Positions 54,057 to 64,000 of a stretch of 64,000 bases of DNA are shown in pieces (positions within the stretch are counted from its first letter, which is position 1; each line of letters begins with the position of its first letter). The notes below the pieces were generated by a model that was given only the letters and a program-made list of their open reading frames with translations, was not told the DNA's origin and did not search any database. The DNA is from Eledone cirrhosa (taxonomy: Eukaryota): NCBI GenBank assembly GCA_964016885.1, contig OZ024746.1:67146001-67210000 (forward strand), given 5' to 3'. A program made the translations under genes and the position numbers.

Positions 54057-54400
54057 GTGGAGGCACGTGGCTTAGTGGTTAGAGCATTGGCTTTGCAATC
54101 GAAAGGTTGTGAGTTCAATTCTCAGACCGGGTGATATGTTGTTTCCTTGAGCAAGACACTTTATTTCACATTGCTCCAGTTTACTCAGCTGTAGAAATGA
54201 GATGATAGGGACTGGGGTCCATATCATACCACTGCAAAGTTGTCGTGGAGGTGCCACGGCAAAAAAGCACCCAGCAATCACTGTAAATGAGGTTGGTGTT
54301 AGGAAGGGCATCCAGCTGTAGAAATCAAGCCAGCATCAGTTCCCGTCCCACCCTTGCAAGCAGGGAAAAAGCGGACGTAAAATGAAATGATGATGATGAT
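54057..54400 (+). mobile_element. tRNA-derived SINE with RTE-like tail
   Basis: GGCACGTGGCTTAGTGGTTAGAGC, GAGTTCAATTC, CCTTGAGCAAGACACTT, GTTGGTGTTAGGAAGGGCATCCAGC; ends in (GAT)n. Confidence 0.8.
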
Positions 54401-54451
54401 ATATATATATATATATATAGATACACATATAGATATAGATATATATGTATG

Positions 54452-54482
<31 letters not shown>

Positions 54483-55067
54483 ACATCTATATCTATATAT
54501 ATATCTATCTATCTATCTCTCTCTCTATATATATATATATAGATATATATGTATATATATATATATTTATATATATATTCTTTCTTTTGTTAGTATAGAG
54601 GCATTTTTATGGTTCAGATGAAATAAAAAAAATGAAAATATAACTGAAATTAATTGTCAGATGAAATAAAAAAAATGAAAAATATAACTGAAATTAATTG
54701 TTTTATTGGTAACCACAGACAAATTATCCGTAATTTCTAGTTCGTTGAATTTCCATTGACTAATATTTAAACGAAAAACTGTAACTTCCCAGGTAAATAG
54801 AATGGAAATCAAAATGATAGTAATAAATAAATAAACAGAATGAGTGAAATAAAATAAAAGTTCAGTTTAAATAAAAGCAGGAATGATATTGAATAGACGC
54901 CAATATTTGTGAAAGAGAAATATTTGACCAACATTTAGATGGAATAATATCAGATTGTGATATTGTCGTTATGATTTAGCTGATAGGCTTTTTATATGAT
55001 AAGTGCATAGGAAATATGTCTCTCTTTATCTCTCAGCCCCCCCCCCCACACCTCTATATCTCTCTCG

Positions 55068-55145
<78 letters not shown>

Positions 55146-55329
55146 GTATGTTGTGTGATGGTTGCAAACTCTGCTAAGAGTACTGCAATCGCTTGTCAGA
55201 TTATAGAGTTTGGTGCACGTTTAGGCTACGGCCAGTCACACAAACCTGTAACATATCCTGGACAAGCAAGGCCTGTGTTTGAAGGTTTTTAAAGTGGGGA
55301 AAGGCCTTGCACTCGACCAATCCCACTCT

Positions 55330-57087
55330 CTGAGCATAGAGTGGTTCATAGAGACGGTTCATAGAGTGGTTCATAGAGTGGTTCATAGAGACGTTCTCTG
55401 GCAATAAACGGAAAAAACGAAGATAATACGTCATATGTGGGGCGTGGAGAACAATTGAACGCAAAGATAAAACCACGTAAATGGTATAACTGAAGTCGTA
55501 GACTAAAATTCTAACTAGGAAACCGAATGATTCTCGGCTTCAGAGTTAAGAATAAAGTAAATAAAATACAGAGGTAATTGAAATTAAATAAATACATACA
55601 CGCATCCATATACGTACATACAGAGGCATACGCGAAAACACTCACCATAGGTATACAAATACACGCATTTATATATATGTGTGTGTGTACGTGTATACAA
55701 ATAATTAAATAAACGTATATGAATAAATAAATATAGCGGCGAAGAATTAGTTTTGCGAGGTGTTTTATATGAAATCGTGTGTCGAAACAAATATTGTTAT
55801 ACTTGGGGAGGGTCATATTTGTGTAATATTGCCAGAATTAATAACAGAACACACTCACTGTTTGGTTGGTTTTCGCTTAAATAAATAAATAAATACCTAT
55901 ATAACAAGTGCACACACATACCTACATGTAAAGACACATATGTTCGGAGACAACGTCAACCAAAACACGAAGTACACATATACACACACCCTACATACGT
56001 ACGAACCCGCATACTCACACAGACGCAAAACTCACGTATACACATAACCAAAAGCATATGTACCAGAATATATAAAACTATACGCCATAACATATACAAT
56101 CAAATATACGTACGAGAATGTATACGTACCTTCACAAAACATACAGGTAATATATACTTACCTATACAAATAAGTAATGGTATAAACATAACATATACTT
56201 AGCTACCACATCAAGGCGTAAAATATCCGTGTATAGATCGTAATAGGCGTTAGGGTATAATGTGGTGCTGTAATACAGGAAAGCTTTGTGCAATTTATGT
56301 TTACAAGCCGAAATTGCCTCAGATTTTTTGTTTAAGATGTGGTCTTTGGCGTAGAGTATTTCCAGGGCTTCAGCGGCGCAGATGTCACATGGTCTTTTAT
56401 TTCCGTTATACGATCTATCCCTAGCTAGGATCTCCCAGTGTAACTTATATTGGGTGTGGTTGTCTTTTAGACTCCAGATATAAGCTGAAAGTGACGTCAT
56501 ATTCCTTCTTAGAGGGTAACGAAAAGAATGGGTATGCATGAAAGACGTTGATTGAATCTATTGGCGGTTAACCCTATGTAGGTCCTACGGGATGTGGGTG
56601 TTTCAACTTTACATTTGTAGACAATGTTACTAGAGAGGCATTTCTCGGATAGGGGGCAGTCAACCCGATTCCTACAATTACAGTTAGTACTAACTACAGG
56701 GTTGCACGTGTTTCTACGGCTAGGTGGTTTAGCTAAATTTGAAGCTGTGATGTTATGTGCAAGGTTAGGAGTCGTAGAGTAAGAAATTTTAATAGTATTT
56801 CTATTAAAAATGTTACTATCTTTATGTGTAGGGGGGAAAGATCTTGGCTAATGGCGTGGCCACCTCCATATTATATGGTGGGTTATACCATATAATGCGT
56901 CGGGATCTATTTCTTCTAGGTCTATTCTCGAACTCTGTATATGCAACGTTATCGACAAATCCACTCCGAGCAAGAGCATCATTGTAATATGTGGAATGGT
57001 CGTTGAAAATATGCTCGTTAGTAGATAGATGGGAAAGCCTCAAAGAAACGTTTCTTACCAGGTTCTTGGTTATGTTGACAGGATGGT

Positions 57088-57090
<3 letters not shown>
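55330..57090 (-). mobile_element. Penelope-like element family C (probably Hydra clade), 5'-truncated and frameshifted
   Basis: 56162-57090 encodes NHP, IIWYNPPY, IFNRNTIKISYS, CNCRNRVDCP, IVYKC..YIGLT, SLSAYIWSLK, CDICAAE, LNKKSE..CKH. The 3' UTR is homologous to 52760-53650. A family A tail is nested at 55735-55878. Confidence 0.88.
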
Positions 57091-57145
<55 letters not shown>

Positions 57146-57147
<2 letters not shown>

Positions 57148-57246
57148 GGGTGTCCCCGAAAAATATATGCCTACTTCAACGGCATTCTAACAAATATTAC
57201 CCGTACAAGTAATCAAAATTTGTATACATTTATTTGGGACACCCTA
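57146..57246. mobile_element. ~100-bp Tc1/mariner-type MITE
   Basis: Terminal inverted repeats TAGGGTGTCCC ... GGGACACCCTA. Confidence 0.55.
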
Positions 57247-57363
57247 CGCTCATACATATATGTATATCAATATATATTCATATATATATACAATGATATT
57301 AAATAAATGGAAACTATATTTATAAACACATGCACACACACAGACACAGACACACACACACAC

Positions 57364-57407
<44 letters not shown>

Positions 57408-58048
57408 GTGTCTGTGTGTGTGCGTGTTTTGGCCTATAAATTTAGATCGCTAGATTAACTAAATGGTCAAAATGTTAATGTAGTAGAAAATAAACAGGTA
57501 GTATTCTCTTAAAATCCTAATCAACAGAACCTACACATTTCAGAACATCATCTGTTCTGACAAAATAAATGTATATTCTGTCCATAGATATACTGTAGTA
57601 TATAACATAAGGTGCATAGATGAAGAATGTCGACATATGACCACGACATACATAGTGGAAATGGTTCTTTCTATAGAAGAAAGAATGATGATGCGCTGGT
57701 GAGAAATGGAAGACATGATAATTTCATTTGTGTTCTACTTAAATATCAAACCAGAATATAGTAACTCCCTTGAAAACAGTGAAATTAATATCACATCTAC
57801 ACACCAAACTGATCAATGATCAGACAGTGTAACGACGCCACTCAATTAACATGATATAACCCTAAATCTCAATAGGAAGCATGAATGGAACAACAACACC
57901 ACATCCGAGTTGTCTGATAACAAAAAAAAAAGAACCTATTGACACGTAAAAATACACACAAAGCAGTACACAAACAGACATAAAGCAACCATCGACACAA
58001 AATAGGAATAGAACAATACATACTTATTATCACGTGATACATAGAGAA

Positions 58049-58238
58049 TAATTGTTTCTACTTTAGGCACAAGGCCAGCAATTACCTAGTGCATTACTGG
58101 TACTTTATTTTATCGACCCCGTAAGGATGAAAGGCAAAGTCAACCTCGACGGGATTTGAACTCAGATCGTAAAGGGACGTAACTATGCTGGAAAGCATGA
58201 CATCCGACCCTCCACCGATACTGCCAATCCACCGCCCT
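58049..58238 (-). mobile_element. SINE S1 (full length)
   Basis: Reverse complement of S1; flanking direct repeat ACATAGAGAATAAT. Confidence 0.85.
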
Positions 58239-58589
58239 TTACATAGAGAATAATATAACCCACACACACATACAGAAACGCAAAACTTGGAGGAGAAACA
58301 TATGATAAAGAAATACATGCACACTCGTATGCAGATTCCAAACGGATAAACTTGTGGAAGCGACAGAACGAACAGATACTCACACAAACAGAATAAGATC
58401 GAAATATAGATAAGACACAGAGGAGCAAGAATATTCATGAAGAAAATCACAGAATGTGAGCAGAAGAAATAACATTGAAAATTAAATACTACAATTGAAT
58501 AACTTCCCGATTACTACACTGAACGATGAATGGATTAGTTTCCTATTTCATAACATGTCATAAAATGAGGTCAGGAACCAAGAGCTGGC

Positions 58590-58830
58590 GTATGGAATGC
58601 GCTTCCGTCGGGTTCGACGATGAGTGTTTCAATTGTACAATCAACGGAATATCTTGTTCATGAAATTAGCGCCTAAATCACTGAGCATTCCATTGACAAG
58701 TATACACTTAACGTAATTTTCACGAATATTGAGTGAGACAGAACATGGAGCAGGGCTATCTGTGTGAAGAGTGGCCCTAATTAGCTGGGTGAATGGGCCT
58801 ACATTCAGCATGCACCTGTCATCTGTACAA
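58590..58830 (-). mobile_element. SINE S2-related fragment
   Basis: Homologous to 40310-40460. Confidence 0.6.
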
Positions 58831-59104
58831 AACAAGAGAAAGAAGGAATGTTCCTCTACATGAGAGTAATCGTCAATTTGTGGGGTTTTCCTATTGGCTC
58901 CACTTGATGGTCACCTGTAATATTTTTGACAAGTCTTTTTGTAACACGCCTATAATATCCACATTTCACTTCTTTTATGTCAATGTAAATATTCTGAGAA
59001 CGTCGGACATCATACTTTAGCATAGAGATACGTCTCTTTACGTTCTGCGTTCAAATCCAACAGTATTATTATTATTATTATTTTGTGGATTATTATTATT
59101 AAAT

Positions 59105-59530
59105 TGGTGGATTGGCAGTATCGGTAGAGGGTCGGACGCCTTGCTTTGCAGCAAAGAGTTACGGCCCTTTATGGTCTGAGTTCAAATCCCGCCGAGGTTA
59201 ATTTTGCCTTTCATCCTTACGGGGTTGATAAATAAAGTACCAGTCACGCACTGGGGTCGATTTAATCGACTTTCCCCTCCCCCAAAATTGCTGGCCTTGT
59301 GCCTATATAAGAAACCATTATTATTATTATTTTGTGGATTATTATTATTAAATTGGGGATTGGCAGTATCGGTAGACGGTCTGACACCATACTTTATAGC
59401 ATCGTTATGTCCCTTTACGATCTGAGTTCAAATCCCGCCGAGGTTATCTTTGCCTGTCTTAGTTACGGAGTCGATAGTACCAGTAATGCACTGAGATATT
59501 TGCTGGCCTTGTGCCAAAAATAGAAACTAT
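59105..59530 (+). mobile_element. Two tandem SINE S1 copies
   Basis: Copies at ~59105-59316 and ~59355-59527, each preceded by TTATTATTTTGTGGATTATTATTATTAAATTGG. Confidence 0.8.
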
Positions 59531-59742
59531 TATTATTTTGTTGTTGTTTATTATTGTTATTGATTTTGTTGCAGTCGTTATATATTATTGTTATTGTTAT
59601 TGATGCAGTCGTTATATATTTATTACATTTGTGAACTCTAGATTTGTTTCTCTAAGATACACTTATCATACATTATCGTTGTTATTATTTCTATTCAATG
59701 GCCTTGTATTTCCTGAAATGAAATCATTATTTCTGTGTTCTA

Positions 59743-59928
59743 AGGGCGATGGATTGGCAGTATCGGTGGAGGGTCGGACGCCATGCTTTCCAGCACAGCT
59801 ACGTCCCTTTACGGACTGAGTTCAAATCGCGCCGAGGTTAACTTTGCCTTTCATCCTTACGGGGTCGATAAAATAAAGTACCAGTAATGCACTGGGTAAT
59901 TGCTGGCCTTGTGCCTAAAGTAGAAACA
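59743..59928 (+). mobile_element. SINE S1 (full length, with TSD)
   Basis: 17-bp direct repeat ATTATTTCTGTGTTCTA at 59726-59742 and 59929-59945. Confidence 0.88.
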
Positions 59929-62009
59929 ATTATTTCTGTGTTCTATAAATTATCTGCCAGAAACACACAACGTGATATCTGTTTTGTTTTATTCAACGAA
60001 ATGAAACCAAATGCAGTCTAGAAGGAAACAAATAAAAAATATTTGTTAATAACTTGTCGATCGTTCAATTGAAAATATCATACCAAACATTCGGCTTCTT
60101 CACACGACTGAATTGCTATTTTATATGATCATCTGTCACATACGCCAAATTAATATAAAAAGTCTTGCATTTTCTAAAGTATTCATGCTTAAAATCTGAA
60201 AGTAATGTGATTTGTTTCTTCTTTTTTAATCATTTGATGTATTTATTTATTTCTATTTAGTAAATTTGGTACTTTATATTCAAAACATACGAAAACTGAT
60301 AACTTCAGCTCTGGTCTCTACGAAGTGTGAATATTGGTATCGTGTAGATTGTCATATCTGTTTCCAATCTAATAACAGACGTGATTATGTCGACGCCAAT
60401 TTTCTCTGTTACATATGGGAACTGAAGATTATGAGTTCAAACGTTGTGAAAATAACACATATACTGCTAGCACAATCACATATGAATCTAATTTTCTAAT
60501 GGACATAAGGAAAAACTGAATTCAGATACAAAAAAAGCATAATAAATACATACACAGAAACGAAATGAAATGATATGTACTAGTTATTGTGTATGTCTAA
60601 TGTCATGTAACAGATGTGAGGTGTATGCGAAAATACATAATTTAACAAATTCACCCAACTATCAAATGTTAAAATAGTAACACTTGAAAACGAACTTTCC
60701 TAAACTATACGCTCGCACATAACTACTTAACATATAGATATTCTCCACGTGTTAGATTCAAAGGATTTCTTAAGTTTAAAAGACGTCTAAACATTTTTAT
60801 GGATTCAGCATTTCTTACACATACAGTAAAACTCATAAACTCATAAATACGTTATAAATACCACAATCTGAACGATGTAGTAAGTTTTGCACATGTATGA
60901 TATGGTTAAATCAAACTTATATTGATTAAACATAAGCCAATATTTAAAAGTGGGGCACTTTGTTGTTTCATCTATCTTCAGTGATATGACCGTTTCTGTT
61001 ACTCAAGACGATAACCACCACTTTCACGTTTAGTCAGAATTTATTGTACTCAAATCGTATCTTGTCTTCTTAAAATGAAACGATATATGGTATACGTTAG
61101 TCGTAGAAAAATGTTTAAACCAGAGAGGGTTTGCTTAGGAATGGAATGCATTTGATAATATATCTGTATACTGCAACTAGACCTATTGTTCATAGTTCTG
61201 TTTGATCATTGGAGGTTTATCCTTTCTAAAATGCTGTCATTCACTCCTAGATGTCTATCATCACTATCACCTTCAGTCCGAACCAATATCCTGATAATTA
61301 TTTCTTATATTTGCACAAAGATCTAGATATTTCAATGGTGATTGATTAAGTCATGTCTCACTTTAGAATTAGCTGATAACATTTCATTGACCATGAGAAT
61401 ATAAAATCGAATTCATTTTCCCAAATCTTGAATTATCTTGGCACATATATTCCTTCTATTATACTAAATAATTTTGTCTGATACCGGCTCAAAGGTTCAC
61501 AATTTGACAAGGGGTATACATTTCTTATCGATTATGTATGGATTACAAAATCTAAACCTGAACGATTTCAACTAACATTATTACATGTTACAAGTCATTT
61601 TGTCCGGTGATCTATTTCTCTGGTGGTTGTCCGACACCCAGCATTCTCAATAATATCAATAGACATTGCGTCATTGCCGTTGTCGATATGTAGAAAATTA
61701 AACACACCGGATATATTTATGAGGCAATTCATGAGGCAATTTATTGATTCATTTCACATTTCCAGAAACAAATTATGTCTAGTATAGAAGATTAGTTTCT
61801 TAACTTCGTATGGTATCACTCCAATGATCAAACGAATGAAGCTTTATGTAGAACCGTCGTTAAATAACCACAACCGCATATCAAATCGAACAATGCTTTC
61901 GAATATAAACCTACTCGAACACAGATGAAATGTTTCTGACAGCCATCGAGAACAAATGCCAGTCAAAACATTCCTAGATGATTATTGATATACAGTTGTT
62001 CAATGCTTT

Positions 62010-62300
62010 GGGGAAATTTGTATGCGTCATGAGAAAAGTTGTTTATTCAAGTTGCGGAAGCTTTGTGTGCATGACCGCTGGAACGGCTGTAGAATCACTG
62101 CAAACTCATCTGTCATTCCTTCCGTTAACCTTCTTGTCTTTATCAAAGTTTTTCTCATCAGAGGAAAACCAAAACATTCTAGGCTCTTGATGTTTAAACT
62201 TGCTCAACAAGCGCTTTACAAACAGGATTTTCTCCTGCGCATCAAATATAACTGTTATCGAAAGTCCACTTGTAAAAATTCTTTCGAAAGTGTGCCGTGA
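62010..62300 (-). mobile_element. Tc1/mariner (DD37D/maT-like) transposase relic
   Basis: Translates to KRLLSKFKHQEPRMFWFSSDEKNFDKDKKVNGRNDR*VCSDSTAVPAVMHTKLP, containing the first catalytic D (FSDEK) and the N..NDR motif. Confidence 0.8.
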
Positions 62301-64000
62301 AATCTTGAGGTCCTTATGAATGGCACTAATTGATTTTCTGGGGTCCTTATTGAAACTTTTAGAATTTGTAGGACATTGGCTGCTAAACGTTATACGTTAC
62401 TTTGACTATATGATAGTAAATTTCATTTAAGTTTTAGTCTTTAAATATTAATTAACATCATGCGTAAACATGGTACTAATGCATATGGCATTAATTGCAT
62501 CGGATTTATTTTGAAGTAATTTCCCCAAAATTATTATCCATGGGAAAAAAAGGTGGCATAGAAATACTCATTAATTTAATTTTGTCGAATTCAGTTTAAA
62601 AAATATGGTTGAATTAAATTTCTAGTCAAATTTTCGTTTTTAATTCCTCCATTCAAAATTGGTCTCAATTATGGAAATTAACATGCGTTAGAACATCTAT
62701 TGGGGCTGCGTTCTCTCTTTAATAATTTTGTTTAAGTATTCTCAAATTTTTACACATAATTAAAAATGAAGGAGTAATTGAAGTCAGCATCTCACCACGA
62801 AATCCGTATTCTGAATCAGTGACAAACAAGAAACTTAAAACAAAATGATGTCAAATGTTATTAATGAACACATCAATGAACGCCTGAAACTTTAAGTATA
62901 GAAATAGGTTAGAGCTGGAAATAAGCAACCAACCAGATTACTACAAGAAATGTTGTCACTTTGTGTTGTTTGTCTTTATGCAGAATGCATGGAATGAAAG
63001 TAATAGAGAAAAAAGCAAAAAGAGAGTAAGACAAGAAGAAAAACATGATAGGTCAGGAGAACAGCTAGAATGAGCGGAACTGATTATAGCTTGCAGTAAA
63101 AGGCATTAGCTTCACAAATTCAATTTATGATTGATTCACTTACAGACACTATTATGCCGCCGGAAAAAATTGTTAAAACAACATTTTTTATCAAATTTTC
63201 TACATCCTATAGTTCAAGCACGATCTACTTCACGAGAAAAAATACATGTACAATGTTACGTGTAAATCTAACAGGTAATGTCTTTCTTTAAAAAAACATT
63301 ATTCTGTATGTGAGTGCGATAGCATACATATACACGACATTTTGGGTGGGTTATATAAAACAACTAACGTCCTTAAACGTCATATATTCATTTATAACAA
63401 ACGGGAGCAACAAAGAGTCTAAAATATATTCAACTTATTACACAACCATAATTGGTGGTTAAAAGCACTTTAGTGTAATCTTTCAATGTGCTCATCACAT
63501 ATACGAGGGATCCAGGGTTCAAGTCAAGTATACGCTTCTATCGACTTTGTACCTTCTCGATGAGTATTTTATCTGACTTATCTAACTACTATTTATAGTT
63601 ATCAAATATTTATTATGGTTGTCTGTATTGTGTCTTTACTAACAATAACCGCCATACACCACACCTCATAAAAATTACGCATTCTTTGCTGCTTTCCTGA
63701 TATACAGCGTTTCAGAAAATATGGAACACCATCTTTTTGATTACATTTCATCAAAATCTGCTTGATATTGTATGACCTGGGACTAATAAATATCAAGAGG
63801 AGACATTAATAAAACGATATTCATGTTATTTAGAAAGGAAAGAAACATAAAAAGCTTAGGCAAGGAAGGGGAAATTTGCGGTTTTAAAAAAGGAATCTTC
63901 GATAATTGAGATGAAGAAGATATAATAGGAAGCATGTAATATTCACTAAGTCTCAAATTAGCATTAACTAATTTCTTTTTTGCCTCTAAATTCCACTCTA

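Overview
AT-rich, microsatellite-saturated animal genomic DNA. The SINE, RTE and mariner content looks like an octopus-type cephalopod (inference). The only host gene I can support is the last two coding exons of a minus-strand Cys-loop nicotinic-receptor-like subunit (35234-35769 and 32713-33347). It is alpha9/10-like with a cation-type M2, but loop C lacks the vicinal cysteines, and I could not find its upstream exons in the window. The rest is mobile DNA: tRNA-derived SINEs, RTE LINE relics, a Tc1/mariner relic, and above all Penelope-like element (PLE) material inserted into (TA)n tracts. This comprises four GIY-YIG ORF fragments, more than a dozen fold-back (head-to-head inverted) 3'-end insertions, and about ten different type I hammerhead ribozyme (HHR) or HHR-like motifs, some with compensatory U3-A8 or U4A cores. 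The most notable feature is a near-identical 310-bp tandem array with four hammerheads (51411-52614) that looks like a non-LTR retrozyme. A diverged sister family at 17645-18025 keeps the same RNA architecture with different sequence. All structures were folded by eye and repeat boundaries are approximate.
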